64,000 nucleotides of DNA, taken from contig MNCI01000273.1 of NCBI GenBank assembly GCA_015680685.1, forward strand, positions 462,851 through 526,850. The letters are read 5' to 3'. Below, one piece after another: positions 13,441 through 27,545 of this stretch. The translations under genes and the position numbers were made by a program. Under the pieces are notes generated by a model. That model was not told the origin of the DNA, ran no database searches, and saw only the letters and a program-made list of their open reading frames with translations. How positions within the stretch are numbered: the first letter of the stretch is position 1; each line of letters opens with the position of its first letter. The DNA comes from Gnetum montanum (taxonomy: Eukaryota > Plantae > Gnetophyta).

Positions 13441-14354
13441 TGATGAGCATCAAAGTGTCACATTGATGGGCCCCCATCGATGGGGCCCCATTTACATGGT
13501 GTTACCCCATTGATGAGGCCATGCGACATAGCATTTTCTACATCTATGGGGCCCCTTTGACATAGTCCTATAATAAAAACTATAAATATAAGCTCATAGA
13601 TGTGTTTATGTGCATCAATTCATAGTAGTAGCAAAACTCTTGTAGTTTTTCTATTTGAAAGTTAGAATATTTCTCTAAGTGCTTGCAGTAGAAGTCAAAA
13701 AGTGTACAGATCTTATTTTGAGCACTATTGTACCTAATCCACACTAGTGTGTACAGTAATAAAGACAAGCCTTTTGATCAAACCTTGTAGCACTTAGAAT
13801 AGATTAATGATTTATTTATTAATCCATTATTTTTATTAAATATGATATTAATTAAGCTAAATTAGAGTATAATTGATCAGTTAATTGTTTAAGCTAAATA
13901 GATTAAACACATGAGTATGAACACTTTAAGCGTAAACACGTATTGACTTGGTAATCCTAGTAGAGTTATTGCTTGGTGTGCCTAGTAGCATAGAGTAGTG
14001 GATATGCAGGGTTTAGTATGTGCATGAAAAGTGGGACCGCATGCTTATGTTAGGACTAGTTAGAGGCTAGTTAAGTAGTTGAATTAGATTAGTTATTAAA
14101 CCACTTCATCTCTTTACTTTAAGTAAAATAACTATAAAATATAAAATGACAAAAATCATGTGCCTCAATTACACTTAAATGATATCCTTGAGCTTCACAA
14201 GTGTAGTTGGGAAGACAACGAATGACCTCAATGTAAAGTTTACTTCCTGGAGAACTAGTGCATTGGAAACTAGAGTCCATAGAATTCAACTGAATCATGT
14301 GTGAACACTTTGTGATTCATATGGTTGGGCTTAGGGGTATCACACCTTTCATCA
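13441..14354 (+). repeat. 5' LTR of element B
   Basis: Direct repeat of 24998-25888. TATAAATA at 13581. Followed by a decayed PBS-like TTTCATTGATGGGGA. Confidence 0.95.
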
Positions 14355-14998
14355 TTAATTTCATTGATGGGGATTTCTTTTTGTTAAAATGTGCACTATC
14401 CAATATTAGTAAACATTATTAATATCATTGAAAAAACCCCAACGGTTGACATCATTCCCAAATTATATAATTATAAAAGCACACTGATATTTTATTTGTT
14501 TACAACATGTCTTCTTTTCACAGGCATGAAGATGTTAAACCACTAGTTCCACAAGAGTACAAGATGGTATATACTCATCCAGATGAGTATGTACCTAACT
14601 TCACCTTCATCCTGCATTAGGATGAACAACTATGGTGGCAAGACATGGAGGGTAACATTGTAATGCCCCTTGATCAATCTATGCCTAGTATGCTATTTCA
14701 AACTCTTAATAGGCTAGTAATCCTAGATCTTCAAGAGGAATACATTGTGCATGGTTATGACACTTGAGACTACCAACCCACTAAAACACAATGCAAGAGA
14801 GATCAACACCAAAAAAGGCACCATGAGTTTACAAAGGGGGAACACTTCATCAATCCCGTATTCTTGCTAAACCCAACCAATAATGAGGATCCTCCCTTTG
14901 GGGTTCTCACCATAAAGATTCTCTACCCCTTGTTATTGGTGATGATGGTGTGGCCATGAACCTACAGTCCACTATTAATAAATTAGGTTTAGGAGAAA

Positions 14999-17900
14999 AT
15001 GGCAGTCAAGGTAGGAACTTGAGTAAGCATTATGATGATAAGGAATCTAAGGATCATGGTCATGACAAGTGAATAGGTGATGGTAGACACTATGTTGGTG
15101 GTGGTGATCCACCCTCCTCTTCATCCTTTTCATTTAATTCTAAACATTCCTGTTCATCTTCTAGTTCTAATAAAAGCTGTTGAAGAAATAATTATGATGA
15201 AGGTGATCAATCAGACAACCATGATCGTAAAGCCTACCATGAATGAAGGAATGGCAAAAACCATCATCGATGTCATCGACACAATGATGATCAACTTAAA
15301 GTGTGCTTAACATTACTGAGGTAGTTAAGATTCCAACTAGGCATGTGAAAGATAGTCAAATCAAGCACTTAGACATGAATAATATCCTAAGATTTAAGGG
15401 AGATATAACTTTGATCTACAAAACAATCTACAAGCCTTTCACAATTATTACACCTTACAAAACATTGAAAATGATTGGCAAAAATTGAAGCTATTCCCCA
15501 AGACACTCATCAAGGAGGTGGAGAGCTGGTACTGGTCCTTGGAGCCAAAATCCATCTGTAGATGGAGTACCATGCTGGAAGTATTTAATGACAAAGACTA
15601 GACATACTCTAGAGTGTCTAATCTTAGAAGGTAAATCCAAGGCTGGAAATAGGGAATACATGAACCCTTGAATGCCAAAATGGTTAAATATTATTCTCTC
15701 TTACATCGATGCCTTGGACATGGTTATTCTCAAAGGGAACAACTCTGCCACATCATAGAGGGGCTTACCTAAGGTTTATGCCTAAAGGAGACTATCTAAA
15801 CTAAGAGCTCATCAGATACAAAGGTTGATAGAGTAGGTAGCAAAAGAAGAAAGTGAGTTGCTAAAAAGGAAAAGTGTAGAAGAATATAATAGGGGTCCTT
15901 CCATTAGAAAAAGGAAAGTCTGACTTTGTGATGAGGAGGAGTCATCACTTAACGAAGTGAGGAATATGAAAACCTTGCCCATCCAAAAATTTATTTTTGA
16001 CATTTTGACAAAGGTTGATAAATTATGGGACTCTTTGGATGAAAATTTTCAAAATTCTATAAAGATTTTTGAAGAATCCAAACAGCAAAATAGTGATGAC
16101 AACTACAAGAGGCTGAAAGAGGCCAAACTTGCCTACTAAAGAGGTAAGGGTAAAGCTGTTGCAATAGAAGAAGTTGTGGAGACAAAATTCAATGATGATG
16201 TTGAATATGACATTTGTCAATATAAACATCCTAAGGGATGTTTCGCTATGATGTCACACTTACAAGAATCTAGGATGTATGTGTTGAATCCTCGACTAGC
16301 AAGAAGGCAAGCACCTAGATGATTGCCTTATTCTCAAGGAAATTCAAGCTAGTTCCACTAGCAATAATAGGCTACCTATCCAAGTGGAGCTCCACCACAA
16401 CTATATGAGTAGTACCAATAGTGGAACAGACCAAAATCATGGGGAATGCCACCACCAAGATAGTAGTACCCTTACAAGTAACCAAATCCACATGAGTACT
16501 ATGTTCAGCAACCCATTTCTCCATGCAGTTCAACCAACCACATGTCATTCTAGTATCACTATTATCCTTTATAATACCATCAAACTCATTTTCCATCTAC
16601 TCAAGGGGAGAACCAATATCCATACCATCCTCCACATTCATTTACACACATTCCTCTACCCTCAACCCAGTTATCTCCTACTCCATCCATGCAAAGTAAA
16701 ATTCCCTCATAGTTGTAGCAACGAAATGTTACGAGGGCTATAAATTTATAACCAACTTTCCAGTTGAGTGGTTTGAACAATTAATTAAGGAAATCATCAT
16801 TTTTTAGGCCCAATAGTGCTTCCAAATCCTCACAACCTAATGTGGCTAGTTGCCTTGTATCTCCAATAGCCTCATCCTTTGCATCAAACACATTTGAGAA
16901 CCCTTCAAATAAACATTACCTCAAATCCATACTATAATTTTAACTCATGCTATCTCTGATTGGATCAAGGTTGGAAACCTTTTCATAAAAATAATCTAAC
17001 CTAGGAAGTCCTTTTATTTATTTACAAATTGTAAGACATGAGCTATGCAAGGCTCTTCTTGATTCTAGTTCTAGTATCAATCTGATCTCCTATTACAAGA
17101 ATAAGGCCTGGAACCTACCACCTCTCAAAAAGAGCAATATCTATTTGGAATTGACAAACTAGTCAATTACTATTTCTTTGGGATTAGTGAAGGATATCAT
17201 GACCACAATTTGTGGGTGGTCTTATCCAACCAATGTTTTGGTGATCAAGGTAGAAACCTGCAAAGGTGACTTCCCCATCATTATGGGATGTGCATATTTA
17301 AGCACTGTTGATGGACAAATGGGCATTAGGAACCTCTTCTTGTAAATATCTAAGGAAAATGAATTTGGATGTTCCATGCATTATGTATAATGATAATAGG
17401 TGAAATTTCATGGAGAAAATCTATTTCATTAAAAGTACACTCATCAAAGCATGTAATTAGTGTACATAAGAAATAGATATCCAAAGGTGCTTGTACACAT
17501 TAGCCAAAATCTAGGAGGGTACCCAGTGGTTGCTAGCTAACCTTGATAGTAGGACATTATATAGAGAATCCCCTGAGAGCCTAACATGTACCTATGTCAA
17601 GGACATGGATGAACTTGAGTAAGTTCATCTCCAACTCTTTGATGATGAAGATGATGATACCTATTAGGGAGAGTTGAAAATCCATGATAATTTCAAGAAA
17701 AGGCCTCTAGAGTTAAAAAATCTACCAATCAACATGGAGTATGCATTTTTAAACAATGTCAAGCTAGTCATAATCAATGCAAATCTTGCTCTCAAACAAA
17801 AAGACAAGTTGTTGAAGGTGATCAACAAATGGCCAATATCCTTTGCTTGGTCATATCCTGAGTTGACTAAAATTGATCCAAGGATATGCCAACATTGCAT

Positions 17901-20520
17901 TTACACTAACCTAGCCATGAAGCTAAGAAGGCAACCACAAAGCTGGATAAATCCCAACTTGAAGTAGATTGTCAAAGAGGAAATAGAACAACTCCTCAAG
18001 GCAAGGTTTATCTATCTCATTGCATAAAGTGAGTGGGTTAGCCCACTAGTAATTAGGCTAAAGAAAGATGGCAAGTGGTAGGTCTACATCAAATTTATGC
18101 TGTTGAATATGGTAATATTTAAAGATCATTTTCCATTGCCATTTGTGGACTAGGTATTACACACTATATCAAAGCATTGTTATTATAGATTCTTGGATGG
18201 TTATAGTGGCTATAAGCAAATCCAAATTGTGCTAGAGGATTAGACCAAAATAACATTCACGATTCCTTAGGGAAATTTTGCATATTGTAAGATGTCATTC
18301 GGTCTATGCAATGCCCCTACAACATTCTAATGCCTACTCTTTAGTATTTTTCAATAGAAAATTATTAGTAGGGTAGAAGTCTCTATGCATGACTTCTCTA
18401 CCTATGGAACTACATTTGAGTAAGCCTTGGATTGCCTTGAGAAAGTACTAACAAAATTTGTTGAAACAAACCTTAGGCTCAATTGGTATAAAAGCCATTT
18501 AATGATCTAGAAAGACATAGTACTAGGGCAAAAAATTACTCAAGCAAGGATTAAGTTAGACCTGAAAAAGATAAAGGTCATCCAAGTAATCAGACACCAA
18601 CTAAAGATAGTCAAAGATGTCCAATCATTCCTTGGACACACTAGCTACTACCAACAATTTATAGAAAATTTCTCTAAGATCACAAAGCCATTAGTTAAGA
18701 CTACAAAAAAATATGCTCCATTCATCTAGACCAAGGAGTGCAAACATGCATTCCAATATCCAAAGGAAAAACTCATAGAAACTCCAATTCTACGAGCACC
18801 ATACTGATCCAGAACATTTCACATAATGATTGATGCATCTAATTATGCCTTGGGAGTTGTGATTACATAGTTGGAAGATAATAAACATTCATATTACATC
18901 CACTGCATGAGATAAAGCATTGTGAATGCACAATTGAATTACACCTCAACTGAGAAAGAACTAATGATAGTGATGTATGCTCTTAAAAAGTTTAGGCACT
19001 ATGTGCTTGGCTATAAGATGTTTGTGCACATTGATCATAGTTCCATCTTCTTCCTAATGAAAAATTCAATGGTGAGCCTCCATATCATATGGTGTCTCAT
19101 GATCTTGTAGGAATTTGATCTCACAATGGTAGATTAGAAAGGGACTAAGAATGTGGTCACTAACCATCTCTCTTAGTTACAATGGGATAATAAAGAGTAG
19201 GAGAGCCTACTCTCTAATCAATTTCCAAACAAACTCCTCTTTATAGAAGCAATAAATGATCAAGTTTCCATAGAAACAAAATGGTATGACAACGTCTTGA
19301 CTTACCTTCTTACCCAAGAGATGTCACAAGATCTAGACTTTAGGAAGAAATAAAAATTTCTTCATTGGGCTAAGTACTTCATCGAAATCAATAGAAACCT
19401 TTACAAGGTGTGTGCCAATGGCCTAGTTCATTGGTGTGTCCCTAATATGAACTAATTGCATGTTCTCTAGGATGCTCACGAAGGCCCTTGTCGAGGTCAC
19501 AATGCTAGAAGAGACATAACCATAAAAACCCTAATGGTAGGATACTATTGGCCTATAATCTTTAGGGGTGTCCATTAGTTTGTCCAATCCTATGAGCACT
19601 ATCAACAAGATGGTGGTATGATTGCTAAAATGGAGGGTCCTTAGTAGTGGATTCAACCACTAGAGCCCTTTGACATATGGGGCATAGACTTCATGGATCC
19701 CATCACACCCATGTACAATGGAAAGGCATACATCATTGTCTTAGTTGACTACTACACTAAATGGGTAGAAGCAATAGCCATCACCAACTATACATCATCC
19801 ACTATTACTAGATTTCTATAACAAAATGTTGTAAATAGGTTTGGGATGCCACATCTACTAATTTCTAACAATGGAACTCATTTTACAAATGCCACTTTTG
19901 AAAACTCATGTAACACTCAAGGATCAAACATAAATTAATAACATCCTATCAGCCCCAAGTCAATAGTCAAGCAAAGGTAACTAATAGGAAGATCACAAAG
20001 ATCCTAACAAGAACCATAACCAAATATAGGAGAGACTAGAGCACAAAACTCAATGATGCCCTTTCGGCCTACCGCTCAACATGGAAACTCCCTATTGGCT
20101 AGTCTCCCTATGAGTTGGTGTATGGGAAACTTCCAATTCTTCCTATTCAATTCAAGCTTTGTACACTCTCAACAACCTATGATCTAAACCTTAACCTAAG
20201 CCCAGCACAGAAGAAAAGATTGATCAACTTGAGTGTGCTAGATGAAAACTGATTAGGAGCCCTATCTTTGAGTGAAGTACACAAGGCATTTACTAAGCAA
20301 CGTCATGACCTTAGAATATGGAAAGTAAAATTTCAACCAAGAGATAAGATTCTTTACTAAAACCTCACACATGTACCCTAGAAAACAAAGTTCCAAATGT
20401 TGTGGAAGTGATCTTATATAATTGACAAAACCTTTCCCTCTAGGGCTATGTTGAGCCCAAATAAAAGCAATTGATCAACATCCAACAAGTAAATCCTTTC
20501 CACAACCCAAGGCAAGCCAA
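14999..20520 (+). pseudogene. Degenerate gag-pol of element B
   Basis: Protease 'CKALLDSSSSINLI' (~17045). RT 'KDHFPLPFVD*VL', 'FLDGYSGYKQI', 'MSFGLCNAPTTF', 'VEVSMHDFS' (18120-18400). RNase H 'DASNYALG', 'NYTSTEKEL'. Integrase 'HEGPCRGH', 'PFDIWGIDFMDP', 'VDYYTKWVEA'. Many stops. Start position approximate. Confidence 0.95.
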
Positions 20521-22630
20521 TGCAACAAATACCTCAATGGATGGACAACCATGCTCAATTTTTTTGATTTCCTCCTTTCAACTCAATTATGGGGGAGATG
20601 GCCATCCATGTTAACCATATATGTGGATCCTCAGTTTTTCTATTTTTTTTTTACACATTTTCATCTTTGTAATTATTTTTACATCTTTTTTATTTTAAAT
20701 CTTCTTTTTATCTTTACACCATGGTTAGTACATTTACATATTTTTTGAATATTTTACACTTTCTTATATATTTTACTTTGTTTTGTTTGAATGTGATTTT
20801 TAATTTTTGTTAATAAACATGCTTTGTGCCCATATTACAAAGTGGTGTTGTAGCTATTACTAATGGTGGTTTGTGCTTCAAGTTTTGTTTCCTAATGTTT
20901 GGTTTCTATTTTTGAATTTTTGTGTCGATGGCTAAGTCATGGTTTCTTTTCCATGGAATAGGCAATGAGTACACAGCATCCACCCATTCACAAAATTTAT
21001 GCTTTTCCTTATTTTGGGAGTTTAAGGTCCCTTTCATTAAATAAACTTTTAATAAATTGGTAGCCTTGGTAGTTTACATAATTGGGAAGGATTCAAAGGT
21101 TTGTATAGGGTGTGAGATCAAGGGGACTCAATACTCTTTGTACTCTTCCACTTGCTTGGGTTCTTGAGTGTTTCCATAGACTTCTTACTATTCCATGTCA
21201 TCCAATAATAGGAAGTTGAATAAAGTATTTGCATGATGTGGTTTCCATCCAAAAATAAAAAAAACAAAAAAAAACATTATGGGAATTCAAAGTACACCCC
21301 TTAGACAAATGAATTTTCTACAAGCACTAGTCATGGAACTAGAAAGACATGTTACCCATGCTTGAAGGTCCCCTGTAACTAAGGCCCTCTCTCACTTTTT
21401 ACTTCTATTTTCTCCTCTTTATGGAATGGTGGTTGTTCTATGGGTGTACTCTTGTGTTTTGAGGGGGTGGAACAATCTTAGAGTAGTGGTGCAAAGTCAC
21501 TAAAAGAGGGTGGTTTTGGTCTAGACTAAGGATGAATCTTCTCAAGTCATTTAAACACAAAACCCACAAGGGACTTCTTATGACTACAATTTGGAATTCC
21601 ATTTTACCTTCTTCATCATCCTTCTCTATTGACCATAATTCACCTTGCTGCCAGTGTCCATGTCCTTGATTTGGTGTCTTGATTTAACATACTTGAATTC
21701 TTAGGTAGAATCTTTTGGGTTTTTATCCTTAACTTCCATGAACCATTAATCACCTATGGGATGCACAGACTCCTTAGGTTGAGGTTATGAAGGGAAAATA
21801 AGGCATGTGCCTGCTATGGAAAGGATCCACTTGCATATCCATTTGTTGGGTTCATTAAGCATCTTATCCTTAGGTATTCCTGCAATCAAAATCTTCATAC
21901 ACCCATCTTCTATATCAAACCATGTGCTCCTTTACATATTTTATTTAACAAACACATTCTCCATTAGATTTTCAATTTTTTAGCTTTCCCAGACCCCCTT
22001 CAATGATAGCCTTATATTCTTAGCTTTTTCTAGGATTCCATGGATTCCAAATTCATTGAAAAATTTTGTCTTTTTTAAGATATTAAAATTTCAAAATTTT
22101 CCTTATGGGCTTCGTATACAAGGCCCCATAGATAGAGCAGACCTATATACAATTCCCTATATATGAAGCCCCATCAATGTTGGGGGAAAATTCTATATAT
22201 ATGCATGACCTCACTTGGAAATGTTTACATTTTCTTACAAATGCTAATGGAGTTTTTCAAATTTTCAAAGCCCATAACTTCATAATTGTTTATCCAAATC
22301 ACTCCATTCTTTGGCCCTATAGCTATCAGTGGTAGGCTCTTCATTGTGGGGGCCATAAATGTGCCATTATTGATGAAAACATTTTTTCCATTTTTCTAAC
22401 TCACACAAAGGTTTAACTAAGAGAACAACTATTAAACATCAAGTTACAAGAGTTAAACCTTTCCAACAAGCTCTGGTAACATTTACAATAAAAATTAATA
22501 AATAATTAATAAAATAATTAAAAAATAATTAATCTACCATGGTCCAACCTTATCCAAAGTGTAACTAACTAACAAGAGAAGGTATTCAAAAATTTAAAAG
22601 TTACACATTGTATCTACTAATACATGGATG

Positions 22631-22710
22631 NNNNNNNNNNNNNNNNNNNNNNNNNNNNNNNNNNNNNNNNNNNNNNNNNNNNNNNNNNNNNNNNNNNNNN
22701 NNNNNNNNNN
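22631..22710. other. Assembly gap (80 N)
   Basis: N run. CATGGATG occurs on both flanks, so the true gap may be near zero. Confidence 0.99.
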
Positions 22711-22722
22711 CATGGATGTGTT

Positions 22723-24710
22723 ATGACCACAAATAAAATTGAAAGGAAAGCACACACAAGAAGTAGAACCATCTTAACCAAAGAAGAAACAACCTAGAAT
22801 GGAAGGGACCAAGAATAGGCCCAAGAAGAACCACTTTCAACCCACACCATAGGTCCTCTTAGGAAAGAGATTGAGGTGGAATCTATTCAATAGATTCTAT
22901 AACCAATAGTAGCAATAGAACACTCCCACTAGGATGATGCACTAATGCAACAAGTAAATTTTGAGGTGACCTTAACAAAAGCTTTCTTGAACCAGATTAG
23001 ATCAAGGGAGATCCAAAATATGGTGTTCTAGGAGTTAAACTTTGACCCTCTTTTGGAGTAAGCACCAAAAGAAGTATAGGACTAGCTAAAGACCTCTTCC
23101 ATGTGGCCAATCATCACTTCCATTGAGGAGTGGTACATGGTAGAGACATTTTTATTCTAGAACAATAGACAACCTAGATCAACAATAAAAATCAAGGACA
23201 TCTTAATGTCTTGCTTGGTGTAAGCCATTGTTGAAGTGCTTGGGTTGCTAGAAAAAGATGAAAGTCTTGCTAAGATCCCAATGCAAGAAAATCCTAGCAT
23301 CAAGAAAGAATGGGTGTGATAGTGCTATGGCATTGACCACAAGGAGTTTGGCATACTCACATCAGCAAAAAGGATCTGGTACAAAATTGTAGCTTTCCAT
23401 CTCAATCCCATAGTGAGGGTAAGTAGAATCACTACCTTTTCTACCTAAGCATGCATCTCTTTGAGTGGGAGATTCCCTATTGACCTTTCATAGATGATCT
23501 ATCTAGAGATGAAGGGGCAAGAACATCATCTTAGAGGGGAAACTCAAAATAGCCAAGGAGCTAAATGAACACTTGGTTGCTGAAGTTGTTGAATTAAGAG
23601 CCCATATTGCTGACCCTACATTTCTCAACCTAGCATTGACAAGAGATGGAGCTATTGAATAGCTTAACACTAGATTTAAAGGGGTTGAGGATGCAATGGA
23701 GACAATAGTGTTCTACCAATCCTTGGTAGAGGCCACGTAGCACAAAATTTAGAAGGCCTTGGATTAGACCTACTGGGAGAATATACAATTAACCATAGAG
23801 AACCATTGCTTATGGAATGTTGATGAGCACAAACAATAATTAACTAATTTCATCCATCAATAGTAGAAACAATTGGCTAGAGCAAACATGAAACTGAGGA
23901 GATTGGAAGTGGAAAATAGAAACCTCCTCATGGAGGAGGTCTGTGCACTTCATCAAAAAACTATAATCAAGGTAGACTCCTAAAAATTAGAGGCTCTGAA
24001 ATTTGAGAGAGTCAAAGATCATTACAAAGAGTGGGTCAGTCTACAAAAAGATATAAATGAAAAACACATGTAGTTGGCAAAGGTAAAAGTGAATGAACCA
24101 CTCTAGCAACACCAACAAGAAATAGAAGTTTGATAGCCTATCATTGATGGGATAGATACCAACAATAAGGTAGAAATCCACATGAAAGAGTTGCAAATTG
24201 AGGAGATGATGGCATATATGGAGCTCACTAATCTCTAATATGCAAATCTAGCCATGTTGATACCATATGGTTATGGTCAGAACTGGAGAAATAGGTGGCC
24301 AACTTGTGCTAATTGTATGAGGATGAGTTCAAGCATCACAAAGACACCAAGCAAAAGCTTGTGGTGGAAAATGCCAAACTCAAAGTTCTTAAGGGAAAAT
24401 ACACTAATCAAAGATCTATCATTGAGAACCTAGCTAGGAGGATGACGACTACCAGGAGCTACAGAACATAGTAAGGACATTCAATATCGAACACAAATAG
24501 TTCACTGCCTAGTTTATCAATGTAAAGAAGATTTTCCTATAATGACCTATCCATGGGATATCCCCATTCCAGCCCACATTGGTGATGTCACATGGATTAT
24601 GAATGATCCCCGAAGTAAGGAGGAGAAGATGAGGCAATTACTAGATGTCTTTCACCTTCCACCAAAGGTTGTAGCTATAGTCGCCTCAACCACTGCACAT
24701 GCCTAAAGCC
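22723..24710 (+). pseudogene. Degenerate 3' extra ('env-like') ORF of element B, Athila-ORF1/Transposase_32-like domain plus coiled coil
   Basis: 23362-23520 translates as 'SAKRIWYKIVAFHLNPIVRVSRITTFST*ACISLSGRFPIDLS*MIYLEMKG', resembling Athila extra-ORF motifs. E/K/Q/L-rich coding-like sequence follows at 23550-24480. Confidence 0.65.
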
Positions 24711-24997
24711 AGCGAAGGTCCTTTAGAACATCATGAGCCTCCATTGCTTGGGAGTATCTAATATTCTCCATCATCTTCATGTCATTAGAGGATTTTTTAT
24801 TCAATTTTTTGTAGTCATGTTATGGTGTTCAATTTTGTGTCATGAACACCATAATTTTTGTAATTTGTTGATTTGTACACTCATGCACTTAGTTTTATTA
24901 TATCAGCTATGTTATGTCAAGAGTCAATTAATAATCCCATACCTTTCCAATTTTGTAAAGAAACTTGAGGATGGGTTTTCATCCAATCATGGGGGTA

Positions 24998-25888
24998 TGA
25001 TGAGCATTAAAGTATCGACAGGCCCCCATCGATGAGGCCCCATTTACGTGGTGTTGCCTCGTTGATGGGGCCATGTTGACATAGTGTTTGCTACATCTAC
25101 AAAGCCCCATTGACATAGTCCTATAATAAAAACTATAAATATGAGCTCATAGTCATGTTTATGGGCATTAAGTCATAGTAGTAGCAGAGCTCTTGTAGAT
25201 TTTCCATTTGAAAATTAGAATATTTCTCTAAGTGCCTGTAGTAGAAGTCAAAAGCTATACAAATCTTTATTCAAGCACTATTGTACTTGAACCATACCAG
25301 TGTGTATGGTAATAAAGACAAGCCTTTTGATCAATCCTTGCAACGCTTAGAATAGATTAATGATTTATTTATGCATTCATTATTTTCATTAAATATGCAA
25401 TTAATTGTTTAAGAGAAATAGATTAAATACATGAGTATGATCACTTTGAGCATAAACACATATTTGCTTGGTAATCCTAGTAGCATTATTGTTTGGTATG
25501 CCCAGTAGCATAGCACTTGGTAACCCAACAGTTGATAAGTGGGTTTAGGATGTGTACAGAAAGTGGGACTAGATGCTTATGTTAGGACTAGTTAGAGGCT
25601 AGTTAAGTAGTTAAATTAGATTAGGTATTAAACCACTTCATCTCTTTACTTTAAATACCGAAACTATAAAATATAAAATGACAAAAATCATGTGCCTCAA
25701 TTACACTTAAACCATACCCTTGAGCTCCACAAGTGTAGTTGGGAGAATAATGAATGTCCTTAATGTAAAGGATACTTCCTAGAGAACTAGTGCACTAGAA
25801 ACTATAAAGTCCATGAAATTCGATTGGATCGTGCATGAACACTTTGTGATTCATATGTTTTGGCATAGGGATACCTCACCGCTCATCA
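24998..25888 (+). repeat. 3' LTR of element B
   Basis: Direct repeat of 13441-14354, preceded by a PPT-like ATGGGGG. Confidence 0.95.
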
Positions 25889-27024
25889 ATAGGTCATCAT
25901 TGTTATTTAAGGTAAGGAAGGTGACAACCAAGCTATGAGTTTCTGTTCAAGGAGAGATAATGGGGGTGATCTAAAATAAGCACTCTTAGAAATGGTGGGA
26001 AAAACCCATTGGATCTTACGTATGAAGGTCACATCATAACTTTCTACCATAATGAGTTGCACTTTCATGATGACTCCAAGCCTCATCCCGCAAGCACAAC
26101 TCCAAGAGAACAACAAATAGAGACAAAGAAACATGTTGTCACAATATAGTACATAGGGCTACATGAAAGAATTAGCAAACCAGGTCACTAAAGGTCATAA
26201 TTGTTACACCCAAAAGGGATCTGCATCTTTTATTACAAAAGTTACAAAGTTTCTTGGTCCATTTATTGTGTAAAGAAAGAGAGAGAAAATGTTGCCTTGC
26301 TTGTTATAGACCATCGAAGTCATCAACATCAATCATTATTCCCTACCTATCAACAATAACAAACAACACTATAAGCAACTATGTGAGTGTTAGAGGTAAG
26401 TAGGGCTATGTGATGGCTTTGATGTTGCATAATAAGGGTTTGACATTGTTTTGAGTAGGCTAAAATACTGATGAGGAACTTTGTTCAATGTGTTTTCTCC
26501 TTGCCATTGTGGTCTAGATGGGTGCTAGCTACAAGTGGTTCCAGCATATAAATTGCTATGGATAGCTTACAAACTTAGAAAAACCCAAATTTTATGGTTC
26601 CCAAGGAATTTTCAACCTTCGCAATCCTAGGTACATGCATAATACAACCTTTTTTACCTAGAAAATGAGGAAATCACAACTTAAGAAGCATTTTTAGCCT
26701 TCATAAGCTAAGATGTGTGAAACTATAGCCTATGAACTATCAATTTCACACTTTACATTAAAAATTCTATCTTAAATTCTAGTGGTAAAGGTCAAAATTC
26801 TAGGTGTTAGGAAAAATAAGGCACTTGTATCTACCATTACTTTTACACCAAATTACAATGGTTTTGGTCATGGAATGCTACATAGATTTTCTTTATGGTG
26901 TTTCATTGGCCCTTCTTTGTTGATGTTTTGAGGATTAACCTAAGAGACATTAACAAAGAATGTGAAACATCACCATAGGTCTATCAATCATGTTTCCTCT
27001 TCACGCTTGATTCTGTAGTTGTTG

Positions 27025-27545
27025 AACCATGTTAAAGAGTGCTTGTGATGATGAGATGGGGTTATGATGGGATGATATAGGATAAAGGCTATATTTGGTT
27101 ATAAGGAAATGATCACAAGGATTAACAATGAATTCTACATATTGACATTATGGTTATAGTATGGTAGTGAAATGCTTACTGATCAATGTAGTCTTCAAGC
27201 TTCGTGCTTCGAAGTGCTAGTCACTTGGTAATGTTTTTGAGGAACCAACACCTTGCTCCAAGGCTTCTTTGGTTGTTAGGTTCCTCCCTTTTCTTGTTTA
27301 GAGCCTTTGATTTCACTTATGAGCTTCATTGGCCTCTTGGATTCCTTGGCAATTTTCTTTCTAATTTTTCATTTTTCTTCTTTTTTTTATAAGTGAACTC
27401 TTCATTGAGTTTCATTGGCAAGGTTGAACTTAGTTTGGTTTTCTCATTGAATGTGATGTGTTACATCCAACAAACTTGATGATGGAGCATAATGAAGAAG
27501 ATGTCACATGGCCGCAATGCATGAATGTCAAACATATGTTATTAT
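27025..27545. repeat. Diverged ~0.5-kb direct copy of 12925-13440
   Basis: Shared blocks AACCATGYTAAAGAGTGCTTGTGAT, GTAATGTTTTTGAGGAACCAACACCT and GATGTGTTACATYCAA. The ORF track shows MFLRNQHL in both copies. Confidence 0.85.

Larger units (their letters stand above)
13441..25888 (+). mobile_element. Full-length degenerate Athila-like Ty3/Gypsy element B (~12.4 kb)
   Basis: Two LTRs TGATGAG...TCATCA. TSD ATAGA (13436-13440) / ATAGG (25889-25893). Domain order gag-PR-RT-RH-INT, followed by a long spacer and a 3' extra ORF. Confidence 0.95.

Noticed and set aside
22723-24710. True retroviral envelope gene
   Set aside because: No signal peptide, furin site or clear transmembrane segment is recognisable. 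'Env-like' is positional only.
12925-27545. The 0.5-kb direct repeats as an LTR pair
   Set aside because: No TG...CA termini, PBS, PPT or TSD was found at their edges.
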